From an uncultured archaeon (GTDB lineage: Archaea; Iainarchaeota; Iainarchaeia; Iainarchaeales; GW2011-AR10): a stretch of DNA of 38,785 nucleotides. Shown one piece after another: positions 1-8,605 of this stretch. The notes beneath the pieces are model-generated. The model was not told where the DNA came from and did not search any database. It saw only the letters and a list, made by a program, of their open reading frames with translations. Position numbers and translations under genes: made by a program. The number at the start of each line of letters is the position of its first letter. The stretch's first letter is position 1. The DNA is taken from positions 1 through 38,785 of the forward strand of contig CAYIER010000002.1 of assembly GCA_964362395.1 (NCBI GenBank). The letters run 5' to 3'.

Positions 1-189
1 AACCCTTGAAATTTTACGCCGTCATCCCCCGGCCGCCAAAACCAGGATAGCCAAAGTGCGTTATGAAACAGGCGAAGCCGTGGATCAGCGGGGCGCGGAA
101 GAAATCGCCATTGAACGGGAGCTGGATCAGCAGATGTTCCGCCAGCAGAAAAAACAGCGGGCCGTGAGTCAGAAACGCGGCCCCAAAGC
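1..189. other. GC-rich segment compositionally unlike the rest of the window (possible chimeric join or foreign DNA)
   Basis: Visibly G+C rich with CTG/GCC/CGC-type codons. Several frames stay open on both strands. The intein ORF stops abruptly at 190-192, inside its first LAGLIDADG motif. Confidence 0.5.
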
Positions 190-927
190 TCAGCCCCAAA
201 TCAAGCCCAAAACGTAAAAAAATTCTTTGAAGTCTTCTCGTGTTTTCGGCAGCTTTATTGATGCTCCCCTGTGGCTTGCCCGTTGTTTGTCTGAAGAATA
301 TTTGACAAATTTTATTGAATCATAAACTTTGGCGGGTTCAATGCCGTTTTTCTTTGCAACACTGGCCAAATCCTGCACCCGAAACCTTTTGTGCACAACA
401 CAATCCCTGATTTGCTTTGCCACAAGGCCATTTTTATCAAACGATTTTATCATTGGAGAAAATTCTTCCAAAAACATGTCTTCTATAAATGCCAGCAAGC
501 CCTTATTTTCAGCCAACTTTTCAAAAACTAATGCTTTAATCTGTCCAATTTCCAGATTTGTTTGCGGCACAATTTTTGGCATTGCCACAAATTCATTAAC
601 CTGTAAATCTTTTGCCTGTTTGTAGTAAAGCGAAAAATTTTCGTTCAACAGCAAAAACGGGTGCTCTGGCGTGGTTTCAATTGCAAAGCCATTTGAAAAA
701 CGCGTTTCAACTAATTCTCCTTTTTTTAGTTTCCAAATATGCGTTACTGGCAACGGTTTTATTTTTCCATCCTGTTCGCCTAAAACAAAAAAGTTTGCCT
801 TTATTTCCAAAGCCAAGCCATCTTCATCAATTAGTTTTTTCGAACAATTTTCAAATTTCTCAAACAAGTCTTTTATTTTTGGCATTTTGCCATCAGCTAG
901 GAAAATTTTTGTTTCCCCACTGACACA
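190..927 (-). mobile_element. Intein (Hint domain plus start of LAGLIDADG endonuclease) inserted in the aIF5B P-loop; truncated at nt 190
   Basis: GHVDHGK is followed directly by CVSGETKIFLADG (block A, Cys1). TTPEHPFL matches block B (TxxH). The ORF ends ...FFYVLGLIWG-stop where LAGLIDADG should continue. Confidence 0.75.
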
Positions 928-996
928 TTTCCCATGGTCAACATGACCTAACACTGTTATGATTGGCTTTCGGATTATCATATTAAACTCACGCAC
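928..996 (-). CDS. infB: Translation initiation factor aIF5B/IF2, N-extein only (23 aa up to the G1 motif)
   Basis: MREFNMIIRKPIITVLGHVDHGK matches the aIF5B N-terminus and P-loop. The rest of the extein is not in the window. Confidence 0.7.
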
Positions 997-1017
997 TTTT
1001 AATCAATCACTGCACAT

Positions 1018-1206
1018 TTATTTTCCACACATTTTGGCAGACGATATATATGATTTGATATAATTTTCAAACAATGGAAGCCTGCATTCAGAATTTGTTG
1101 TACAGGCTTGGCCTAGCGTAGAATCATTTGACATTAATATCATAATTCCTACTGCCGCTATGACTAAAAATGCTCCTAATATAACAATCATTGGATTTCC
1201 TATCAT
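1018..1206 (-). CDS. Small hypothetical membrane protein (one TM helix, Cys-containing tail)
   Basis: 62-aa ORF with the hydrophobic N-terminal stretch MIVILGAFLVIAAVGIMILM. It fills the gap between flanking minus-strand genes. Confidence 0.35.
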   Translation of the reverse strand: MIGNPMIVILGAFLVIAAVGIMILMSNDSTLGQACTTNSECRLPLFENYIKSYISSAKMCGK

Positions 1207-1210
1207 TTTA

Positions 1211-1642
1211 TCACTTTAACCCAGTGGAGCCAAAACCGCCCTCATTCCTTGTTGTGGCGCCAAGTGCCTTTGACAAAACAAGTTCCGGATGCTCTACTTT
1301 TGCAAACACCATTTGCGCGATTTTCTGGCCTTCCTCTATAACGTATTTTTCATTTCCAAGGTTAATTGCAATAACTTTTATTTCCCCGCGGTAAGAACTG
1401 TCAATTGTTCCAGGGGAGTTAAGCAGGGTAATGCCGTGGTTTATTGCAAGGCCGGATTTTGGGCGGATCTGTGCCTCAAGGCCAAGCGGCATTTCAAGCC
1501 TTATCCCTGTCGGGACAAGCTGCCTTTCAAGCGGTTTTAGCTCAATTTCCTTTGTTGAGAAAAGATCGATTCCAGAGTCGCCCTCGTGGGCATATTCAAG
1601 GTTTCTGGCTTTACCGTCAATTTTTTGAACCAAAACACGCAT
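1211..1642 (-). CDS. dut: dUTP diphosphatase (trimeric dUTPase)
   Basis: Motifs AHEGDSGIDL, RPKSGLA, GTIDSSYRGEI, GQKIAQMV and C-terminal GGFGSTG. Confidence 0.85.
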   Translation of the reverse strand: MRVLVQKIDGKARNLEYAHEGDSGIDLFSTKEIELKPLERQLVPTGIRLEMPLGLEAQIRPKSGLAINHGITLLNSPGTIDSSYRGEIKVIAINLGNEKYVIEEGQKIAQMVFAKVEHPELVLSKALGATTRNEGGFGSTGLK

Positions 1643-1646
1643 TCAA

Positions 1647-2117
1647 TCACTTTTTTTCCTCGAAAGAGTAAACCCAGTCAAAATCCATTTTTTTGTATCC
1701 CAAAATCTCGCTTTCCGCAAAAAACCTCTTGATTTCCTTTGCTGCATCCTCCGCGCTTTCTGAGGCATGAATCGTGTTGACCTGAATGCTCATCGAATAA
1801 TCGCCCCGGATTGTGCCAACCTCGGCGCTGCGCCCGCTTGTCGCACCACACATTTTGCGCACAACCGCGACCGCATCATGCCCTTCAAGCACCAAAAGGA
1901 CTGACGGGATTGACGACATGAACTTTATGAGCTCGGCAAAAAACGGCCTGCCCTCGTGGTGCCCGTAATGCTCTTTGAGCAATTCTTCCCGTAACTGCTC
2001 CATTTTAATCGCAACAATTTTGAGGCCCTTTTTTTCAAAGCGCCCGATTATTGCCCCGACAAGACCGCGATTGACTGTGTCGGGCTTCAAAATCACAAGC
2101 GTCTTTTCCTGTGCCAT
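1647..2117 (-). CDS. ndk: Nucleoside diphosphate kinase
   Basis: TLVILKPD, GRPFF, GTIRGDY and NTIHASES (active-site His) motifs. Confidence 0.95.
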   Translation of the reverse strand: MAQEKTLVILKPDTVNRGLVGAIIGRFEKKGLKIVAIKMEQLREELLKEHYGHHEGRPFFAELIKFMSSIPSVLLVLEGHDAVAVVRKMCGATSGRSAEVGTIRGDYSMSIQVNTIHASESAEDAAKEIKRFFAESEILGYKKMDFDWVYSFEEKK

Positions 2118-2135
2118 TCCAAATCACTCTTGTTT

Positions 2136-2272
2136 CGCCCGCAAAATCAGGCGATGCCAACCGCAAAACCGGTTGACGCTGTTTGTCCCTTCTTTGACGG
2201 GACAGTCCCAGTGAAATTGGGACAAATTCGCCAACAGAATTTGCCGTTGCTTTTGTCCCGCCAAAGCGGAAC
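2136..2272. repeat. Mosaic hairpin element, copy A (six consecutive short hairpins between L24e and ndk)
   Basis: Hairpins: cgcccg-caaaat-caggcg, caaccg-caaaac-cggttg, gtcccttc-ttt-gacgggac, gtccca-gtgaaat-tgggac, aaattc-gccaaca-gaattt, gtcccgc-caaa-gcggaac. Collinear with copy J. Confidence 0.8.
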
Positions 2273-2288
2273 CACTTTGCACAAAATT

Positions 2289-2495
2289 TTATTTTGTCTT
2301 TTCACCTTTTTTCATTATTGCCTTGACCTTGTGGTGCGCTGCAGTCCACTTGACTTTCTGCGGAGACCTTTCAAGCTCAAGCAAATTTTTTTCGCACTTT
2401 CTGGAGCAGAAATAAAAAATCGTTCCGTCCTTTTTTGCAAAAATTTTTCCGGTTCCTCTTTCAATTCCTGACCCGCAAAACGAACAATTAACCAT
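2289..2495 (-). CDS. rpl24e: 50S ribosomal protein L24e
   Basis: CSFCGSGIERGTG...FCSRKCEKN zinc-ribbon signature, in the conserved L7Ae-S28e-L24e-ndk synteny. Confidence 0.9.
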   Translation of the reverse strand: MVNCSFCGSGIERGTGKIFAKKDGTIFYFCSRKCEKNLLELERSPQKVKWTAAHHKVKAIMKKGEKTK

Positions 2496-2513
2496 TGGTG
2501 CATCAACTCTTTT

Positions 2514-2720
2514 TCACTTTGCCTTGATTTCCTTTGCTTCGCGCTCCGTGCTCAACAAAACAATTATGTCGCCTTTCTTTACGGCTCCCTTGACGTTGCG
2601 CCTCTTTACCCTGCCCTCTTCTGGCCCCTCAAGTATCTTGCAAAGGACCTGGACAATTTCGCCGTAAACCCCTGTCCTTTGGATAATTTCAACCACTTCA
2701 GCCGGTGTTCCCTTGTCCAT
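2514..2720 (-). CDS. rps28e: 30S ribosomal protein S28e
   Basis: [19 protein letters not shown]...[23 protein letters not shown] pattern. Confidence 0.9.
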   Translation of the reverse strand: MDKGTPAEVVEIIQRTGVYGEIVQVLCKILEGPEEGRVKRRNVKGAVKKGDIIVLLSTEREAKEIKAK

Positions 2721-2734
2721 CTTTTTTCACCCAT

Positions 2735-3100
2735 TTAGTTTTTCAGGCCGCTCAATTTTTTTGCAAGGTCGTCAATGTCCTTTTTTGCGTCCCCCTCTGC
2801 GAGCACAGCAACCGAACTTGTCGAAACCCCAAGGCCGGCAAATTTTCCAAGCTCCTGCTTTGTTGAAACATAACTAAACGGGACGCCTTTTTCCCTGCAC
2901 AAAATAGGCAGGTGCATTACTATTTCTGGCGGGGAAACATCCTTTGCGATAAGAACAAGCTTTGCGTTCCCGCGCTCGATTGCCTTTGTGACCTCGTTTG
3001 AGCCGACCTTTAACTTGCCGGTCTTTTTTACCTTGTCAAGCACCCTCAACTGGGCTTCTTCGACTTCCTTTGGTACTTCAAACTTTACAAATTGCGCCAT
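2735..3100 (-). CDS. rpl7ae: 50S ribosomal protein L7Ae (K-turn binding protein)
   Basis: KVGSNEVTKAIERGNAKLVLIAKDVSPPEIV.HLP.LC.EKG.P motif. GGAGGT Shine-Dalgarno sequence upstream of the ATG. Confidence 0.95.
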   Translation of the reverse strand: MAQFVKFEVPKEVEEAQLRVLDKVKKTGKLKVGSNEVTKAIERGNAKLVLIAKDVSPPEIVMHLPILCREKGVPFSYVSTKQELGKFAGLGVSTSSVAVLAEGDAKKDIDDLAKKLSGLKN

Positions 3101-3134
3101 ATGCTTTTACCTCCAAAAAATTTTATCATCGGTA

Positions 3135-3210
3135 CGCCGGCAAATTCCGGCGACAAATTTGTCCCGTCTGCGACGGGACTTCCATGCACCAACAAATAAT
3201 ACTCATTGGC
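3135..3210. repeat. Mosaic hairpin element, copy B (upstream leader region of L7Ae)
   Basis: cgccgg-caaatt-ccggcg, then acaaattt, then gtcccgtc-tgc-gacgggac. A 26-nt block tttgtcccgtctgcgacgggacttcc is identical to copy E. Confidence 0.75.
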
Positions 3211-3350
3211 CTTTTAGCTTCAAAAACAAAATCGACTAAAAAATCGATTATTTCAAAAGGGGGCCAATATATATAAAATTCCCATCACAAGCCTTAAAAG
3301 GCTATTTTCGGGGTTTTAGACCAAAAAACCAGCTTTTGACTTAGATCTGC

Positions 3351-5021
3351 TTATTTATGTGCAAACACGCATTTTATCCTGTTTGGGGAGATTTCTTCCG
3401 CGCGCGCATAGCCGAATTTTTCAAAGTACAAAACATCGCCCTCGTTTAGGTCGCCATTGTACTGCGTTATGCCAAGCATTTTTTTGCCGTCATCCATCAG
3501 GATTTCCACGTCAACGCTCTCAATCACCCAGCGAAGAATCTTTTTCCTTTCCCCGCTGCCAGGCTCATGGGTGCCCGCAAATTTTCCGGACGCAAAAAAA
3601 CCGCTTTTTTCAAGCAAATTCACATTCAGCGCTTTTTTTAGCCGAAAAACCGAACCAATTTTTACAGAATTAATTTCACTTTTTTCAACAAAAAAACTCT
3701 GGCTCCCCGCGCTAATTCCTATCCCGTGCGCCTCCATTTTCGGCGTGAACTGCACCGACAACTCAACCGGTTCGGTCAATAGTTCCGCTGGCACCGCTTT
3801 TTCCAGCAGTTCACCGCGATTGAGGTTCGCAAGCCTTGCAAACTCTATCGACGAGTCGTTTGTTTTAATCCCCAAATCAAGCACTGCCTTCTTGAGTGCC
3901 TGCGGCACAAATCCCCTTCTGCGCAGCGCGCGGATTGTCCCAAGCCGCGGGTCATCCCAGCCCGAGTAAATTCCTTTTTCGATTCCTTCCTTTATTTTCG
4001 AGGTGCTCAAAACCATTTTGCCCAATTTAATGCGCCCGAAATGAATTGAGTGCGGGTATGCCCAGCCAAAATACTCGTACAAAAATTTTTGTTTTGTCAT
4101 GTTTTGTTCGTGTTCTTGCCCGCGGATAATCAGTGTTACACCAAGCTCGTGGTCATCAATCGCTGACGCAAAATTGTACGACGGCCAGACATGAACATCC
4201 TTAACTTTTGGGTTTGGGTGCTCGACCTTGTCCACGATTTTTGCAGCCCACCAGTCGCGCACGCTCGGGTCAGGGTGCGACAAATCGGTTTTTATCCGAA
4301 GTACGGCAGAGCCCTCTTTTAATTCGTGGATGATCATTTTGTTGAAGCGCTCCATCTGCGAGTCGGAATTTTTTTCCCTGCACGGGCACGCCTTTTTTTT
4401 ACCGATTAGCTTTCTCCACTTTTCTGGCTCGCACTCGCACACATACGCGTGGCCCATTGAAATGGTTTTTCTCATAAAATCATGGTAAATTGAAAGGCGG
4501 TCTGACGCAAAAAAAACCTCTGCCGGCGGGCATCCAAGCCAGTTCAGGTCTTCAATATAAATTTCTTTTGCGTTTGCAATCGGCTTTTTCACCTTGGGAT
4601 CGGTGTCGTCAAATCGCAGGAAAAACTTTCCCAAATATTTTTTTGCATACTCAAAGCTCAGGATTGCCGCACGCGCGTTCCCCAAATGGAACGGGCCATT
4701 TGGATTTGGCGCAAAACGCGTCACAACCATGTCCTTTTTTGCCCACTCAAAATCAGGGAGACCAATCGGTTTTTCGGGCGGCTTTAATTCATAAGAGCCC
4801 TCAAATTTTTCAAACTCTTTTTCTATCCCGCCAAAATCCATTGCATTGACTTTTTTGACTGCCAAAGAAATGACCGGCATAGCCGCCTTCAAATCCAGTG
4901 CCTTGTCAAGCGCCTTCATTTTGCCGACAACAGCGCCAACATCCGCATGCCCCTCGTGCAAATAAGCGTTCTTTATTGCGTAGCGATAAGCGTCGTTTTC
5001 CAAATCCAAGCAAAACACCAA
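3351..5021 (-). CDS. gltX: Glutamyl-tRNA synthetase (archaeal type)
   Basis: RFAPNPNGPFHLGNARAA (HIGH-type motif) in a class I Glx-RS core, with VLSTSK in the KMSKS position. Confidence 0.9.
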   Translation of the reverse strand: MVFCLDLENDAYRYAIKNAYLHEGHADVGAVVGKMKALDKALDLKAAMPVISLAVKKVNAMDFGGIEKEFEKFEGSYELKPPEKPIGLPDFEWAKKDMVVTRFAPNPNGPFHLGNARAAILSFEYAKKYLGKFFLRFDDTDPKVKKPIANAKEIYIEDLNWLGCPPAEVFFASDRLSIYHDFMRKTISMGHAYVCECEPEKWRKLIGKKKACPCREKNSDSQMERFNKMIIHELKEGSAVLRIKTDLSHPDPSVRDWWAAKIVDKVEHPNPKVKDVHVWPSYNFASAIDDHELGVTLIIRGQEHEQNMTKQKFLYEYFGWAYPHSIHFGRIKLGKMVLSTSKIKEGIEKGIYSGWDDPRLGTIRALRRRGFVPQALKKAVLDLGIKTNDSSIEFARLANLNRGELLEKAVPAELLTEPVELSVQFTPKMEAHGIGISAGSQSFFVEKSEINSVKIGSVFRLKKALNVNLLEKSGFFASGKFAGTHEPGSGERKKILRWVIESVDVEILMDDGKKMLGITQYNGDLNEGDVLYFEKFGYARAEEISPNRIKCVFAHK

Positions 5022-5118
5022 AAAATAAGTAATAGAAAAAGGCTTTAAAAGTGCAGGGAAAACATTTAAATATAATTTGTATTACAAAGTATTACGGGTG
5101 GTTTTTTTGGTTGCTGGC

Positions 5119-5394
5119 GTGATTACTTTGCGGCTTGAAGGCAAGGACAAGCAAAAGGTCTGGGATTTGGCAAAGAAAAAAAGGGAAACAAAGTCAAACC
5201 TCATGAGAAAAGCCCTGCTTTCTTACATTGAAAAAGAAACAGAATTGGACGAAATAAAAGAAATTGTTGCCGTAAAATTTGTGGAAGGAAAAATCTCTTT
5301 TGATGAACTAGTCAGAATACTTGGCTTTGATGAAGCAAAAAAAGTGGCCTTCTTTGCGGACATTGCCGAAAAGTCTTTCCAAGAAGGGATTTGA
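5119..5394 (+). CDS. Ribbon-helix-helix (CopG-like) putative antitoxin
   Basis: ITLRLEGKDKQKVWDLAKKKRETKSNLMRKALLSYIEKE fits a strand-helix-helix pattern. The stop abuts the next ATG (TGAATG). The GTG start at 5119 is inferred; the ORF track starts at 5077 with TTG. Confidence 0.5.
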   Translation: MITLRLEGKDKQKVWDLAKKKRETKSNLMRKALLSYIEKETELDEIKEIVAVKFVEGKISFDELVRILGFDEAKKVAFFADIAEKSFQEGI

Positions 5395-5922
5395 ATGAAA
5401 AAAGCCGTGGCAGACACTTCGGCCCTCATTTCAATTGCATTAAGCGGGAAGCTTCCTGAAGTCGTGGAAAATATCGGTTTATTTGCCCCAAAAGCGGTCA
5501 AGCTTGAAATTGCAGAAATGGCCGGATATGATGACATTGAAGGGGGCGCTGCAAAAAACATTTTAAATTTCATAAAAAACAAAAAAATCAGTTTAATAGA
5601 AATAAAAAACGAAAAAAATGCACGCGATTTGACCGGCAAAAGCATTGACCAAGGGGAAGCAGAATGCTTTGAGCTTGCAGCAGAAGAAAAAATCGGGACA
5701 ATCCTGATGGACGACGTGAATGCAGCATACCGCATAACCGGCCTTGCAAAACCCAAAAACATTTCAATAAAAATATCCACCGCAGCAATAGTTGAATTGA
5801 TTAAACAGGAAAAACTGGCAAAAAAACAAGGCATTTTTGCCCTACAAAAAATGGTCAAAAACAGGCAATGGGAAAAAGGAATACTGGAATTCCTGATAAA
5901 AAAATACGTAAAAGAAATTTAG
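5395..5922 (+). CDS. PIN-like nucleic-acid-binding protein (DUF3368-like), putative toxin partner
   Basis: N-terminal AVADTSALISIA, central DQGEAECFELAAEE and ILMDDVNA resemble the D...GE...DD pattern of the DUF3368 PIN-like family. Confidence 0.55.
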   Translation: MKKAVADTSALISIALSGKLPEVVENIGLFAPKAVKLEIAEMAGYDDIEGGAAKNILNFIKNKKISLIEIKNEKNARDLTGKSIDQGEAECFELAAEEKIGTILMDDVNAAYRITGLAKPKNISIKISTAAIVELIKQEKLAKKQGIFALQKMVKNRQWEKGILEFLIKKYVKEI

Positions 5923-6171
5923 GCAACTGACTTCAACAGTTAATTATTTATTTGATGCTTGACAGTCTATTTTTATAATGCCAATTCACAAAGGTCTGAG
6001 AGAAACAGAGGCTGGATTTTTAAATGAACGCAGGAAGATGGCTTTACAAAAATCTGTTAATAGACTGATAAAAGATTTTGAAACAGGAGTGCCCCCCCTG
6101 TAAGAGAAAAAATTCTTAAAAGTTATTTAAGGAACAAAACTAATGCTGATAGAAGATTTGTTTTTGAAGAA

Positions 6172-6411
6172 TTGGCAATCAGGAATTTGTTTCACAATAG
6201 GATTGTATCTCAAATAGATGAAACACTTGCACTTGCAAGAAGAGATAACCCTAAACTTGCAGGTGTTATTTATTTTGGGAGTTTTTCCAGAGGGAAAAAA
6301 TCCCCGCGAGACCTTGATTTGATTTTATTGTTTGGGGCAAACACAACAAAAACAGAGGTCAAACAAGGAATTGCCTCATTTCACGCCATAATAAAACAGG
6401 AATACAAATAG
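6172..6411 (+). CDS. Nucleotidyltransferase-domain protein (MNT-like); the frame appears split from an upstream 41-aa ORF at a C7 run
   Basis: GSFSRGKKSPRDLDLILLF matches the GS-x9-DxD NTase motif. The frame is open back to 6082. The ATG ORF 5978-6103 ends just after the C7 run at 6092-6098. Confidence 0.55.
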   Translation: MAIRNLFHNRIVSQIDETLALARRDNPKLAGVIYFGSFSRGKKSPRDLDLILLFGANTTKTEVKQGIASFHAIIKQEYK

Positions 6412-6490
6412 AGCCACACACTATTCAAACAGTTTCAACTTCGAAAAATAACTTAACGAGTAAATTGGTTAATCTTGCATTTGCAAGTGC

Positions 6491-6500
6491 TATTTATAAA
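6491..6500 (+). promoter_or_regulatory. TATA-like box about 30 nt upstream of 93-nt repeat copy 1
   Basis: TATTTATAAA. An archaeal TATA-to-TSS spacing would put the start near the first base of the repeat (6532). Confidence 0.3.
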
Positions 6501-6531
6501 TCGCCAAGACCGTTTTTCAGAAAGTGGCAGA

Positions 6532-6624
6532 TATAGCAAACTGCTTATATTTTTGAACATTTTATGGCAGTTTGCTATATGCAAAGAGCAATTAAAAGTT
6601 CAATTATTTATGCTCTTTGCTATA
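6532..6624 (+). repeat. 93-nt double-hairpin repeat, copy 1
   Basis: tatagcaaactgc-N24-gcagtttgctata, then tgcaaagagc-N-gctctttgctata. 92/93 identical to 31684-31776. Confidence 0.9.
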
Positions 6625-6795
6625 GTTACACAAGACCAGGCAGTCAGACATCTTTACGAAAAAATTTTAGAAGCAATTGAAAAATCTGGACGAAAAGCAA
6701 CACTAAAAAGAATGGACACACTGCATCGTGTAAATATTCAAAGATTCAGGGAACAAATTGAATACCTAAAAAGACAAATAATGCAATCTATTTAA
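6610..6795 (+). CDS. Small hypothetical helical protein (61 aa)
   Basis: Its ATG lies inside the second hairpin of repeat copy 1. The N-terminal part of ORF-track entry 6475-6795 is repeat sequence, read in a different frame at copy 2. Confidence 0.35.
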   Translation: MLFAIVTQDQAVRHLYEKILEAIEKSGRKATLKRMDTLHRVNIQRFREQIEYLKRQIMQSI

Positions 6796-6854
6796 ACTCA
6801 ATCGGTACTGTAGCCCAGATTTTGTGTCACCGCGGCAGTCAAAGTGAATTAGCC

Positions 6855-7616
6855 TTAAACTTTTTTCGCTGTTTCCCAGAGCTTGTCAAAGTAGTGCTGC
6901 AGCGCGCCTGCCATGTGGGTGTTTTCTGGCCAGATGATGAAGTGGTATTCTGGCTTTTCTTCAACAATGCTTGAGAGCGCAAGGATGACTTTTTTTTTGT
7001 CAACAATGTATGCCTCAAGACCGTGGCTTGCGTGCTTAAATTCAATTCCGGCGTTTTTTATTTCCTTCAAGAAAGTGCTGTCGCTTTCCAGTTGCCCGCT
7101 TATAACTTTTACTTTGACGTTTTTTTCGGAAATTTTTTTGACCGACTCGCTTATCAGGGAATAGTTTTTTGAGTGCTCGGTAAAAATAGTAAGCGAATTT
7201 TTTGCTGCCGCGATTTCCTGTGCAAGAATCCACAAAAAATCCATTTTGTCCTTTACCTTCATGACTTTTTCACTGCCTCCGTTTGACAACTCGTTTGGAA
7301 GCAATTTCTTGAAAGAAACAGCGCGCTCTTCTAGTTTTGAAAGCTCGGTTTTTCGCTCCGAAATAAGGCGGTCAAACACCTTTGCTGGTTCAACCACGCG
7401 GTACTTTTTTGGCCTTCCGTAAACCTCAATAATCAGTTCGCGCTTGGTGAGGCGGTCAAGTACGTCGTAAACCCTTGTTTTTGGCACCTGTGCGTTGCGG
7501 CTAATCTGGGGTGCTTCGGCGTCCTTTAACTCGAAAAGAGAATTAAGCGTTTTTGCCTCGTATTCGGTCAATCCAAGCTGCTCCAAAAAGGCCGTTATTG
7601 TCGTTTCTGTCATCAA
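6855..7616 (-). CDS. TrmB-family transcriptional regulator
   Basis: N-terminal wHTH LGLTEYEAKTLNSLFELKDAEAPQISRNAQVPKTRVYDVLDRL, followed by a coiled linker and a C-terminal effector-like domain. Confidence 0.85.
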   Translation of the reverse strand: MMTETTITAFLEQLGLTEYEAKTLNSLFELKDAEAPQISRNAQVPKTRVYDVLDRLTKRELIIEVYGRPKKYRVVEPAKVFDRLISERKTELSKLEERAVSFKKLLPNELSNGGSEKVMKVKDKMDFLWILAQEIAAAKNSLTIFTEHSKNYSLISESVKKISEKNVKVKVISGQLESDSTFLKEIKNAGIEFKHASHGLEAYIVDKKKVILALSSIVEEKPEYHFIIWPENTHMAGALQHYFDKLWETAKKV

Positions 7617-7695
7617 AAAAACCCTGTAAAGGCATATATATAATATAATCAGAACCTTATAAATTTACCTTTTCCAGTTAGGGAATGACCTTGGC

Positions 7696-8403
7696 TTATT
7701 CCCTGCTGCGCCGATTGTCAAACCGTTTGTTTGGCTTTCCAAAGCGGCCGCGCTCTGTGCTCCGTTCAAAGCTTTCCTCTTTTTCGCCTTCCTGCATTTT
7801 GTACTCAAAGTCTTCCAGTGTTTTGGTGAACTCGGCGTCCTCTTTTATGGCATTTGTTGCCTTGAGGAATTCACGCGCAAGCAGCCAGTAAACAAGTGCG
7901 AGGCTTTTTCGGCCCTTGTTGTTTGTCGGAATCGCAAGGTCAATGTTTCGAAGCGAATTGTTTGTGGAAGCAAGGCTTATCACAGGAATGTTTGCCTTTC
8001 GCGCCTCTTCAATTGCCTGCGCGTCCGGCTCCGGTTCTGCAGTGAAAACAACCAGTGGCTCGAAAAAATTGGCAGCTTTCGGGTTTGTCAGGGTGCCTGG
8101 CACAAAGCGTCCGGCAATTGCTTTTGCGCCAATTGCCTGTGCAAAGACCCGAACCGGAGTCTGCGTGTAAAGCTTTCTTGCAACTACAAGTATTTTTTGC
8201 GGCGGAAACCTTGCCAGAAAATTTGCGGCAAACTTTATGCGCTCGTCAAGCGTGCCGACATCAAGCACGTTTAGCCCGTCTTTCCTTATTTTGAAAATGT
8301 ACTTTTTCATTTCCCATGACTTAAAGCGCGTGCCGATATGCGCCCCGCTTTTAAGGTACGTTTCCGAGTCAACCAGTGTTTGCTGTGCAGCCATTTGATT
8401 CAC
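7696..8403 (-). CDS. rps2: 30S ribosomal protein S2
   Basis: YLKSGAHIGTRFKS...IFKIRKDGLNVLDV and PD.QAI.EA....IPVI.L..TN motifs. Confidence 0.95.
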   Translation of the reverse strand: MNQMAAQQTLVDSETYLKSGAHIGTRFKSWEMKKYIFKIRKDGLNVLDVGTLDERIKFAANFLARFPPQKILVVARKLYTQTPVRVFAQAIGAKAIAGRFVPGTLTNPKAANFFEPLVVFTAEPEPDAQAIEEARKANIPVISLASTNNSLRNIDLAIPTNNKGRKSLALVYWLLAREFLKATNAIKEDAEFTKTLEDFEYKMQEGEKEESFERSTERGRFGKPNKRFDNRRSRE

Positions 8404-8404
8404 T

Positions 8405-8605
8405 TTACACCTTGTACCTTAAAATTTCGTCAACCAAATCAATATGCGAAAAAATTGTCCGCCTGCAGCAGTACCTTTCAATCCCAAGGTCGTCAAGCAC
8501 TTTTTTTGGGTCCTCTTTTTTTTCAACCCGCCTGACGTACTCTTCGTAATGCTCTCCAACAACTTTGCCACATGTAAAACACCTAACCGGCACCATCATC
8601 TTCAA
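8405..8605 (-). CDS. rpoN: DNA-directed RNA polymerase subunit N (Rpo10)
   Basis: [13 protein letters not shown]...[10 protein letters not shown] signature. Confidence 0.9.
   Translation of the reverse strand: MKMMVPVRCFTCGKVVGEHYEEYVRRVEKKEDPKKVLDDLGIERYCCRRTIFSHIDLVDEILRYKV

Noticed and set aside
6475-6609. N-terminal part of ORF 6475-6795 and of ORF 31716-32339 as coding sequence
   Set aside because: Both N-termini are translations of the 93-nt repeat, but in different reading frames at the two loci. The repeat is therefore not protein-coding, and the starts were moved downstream.
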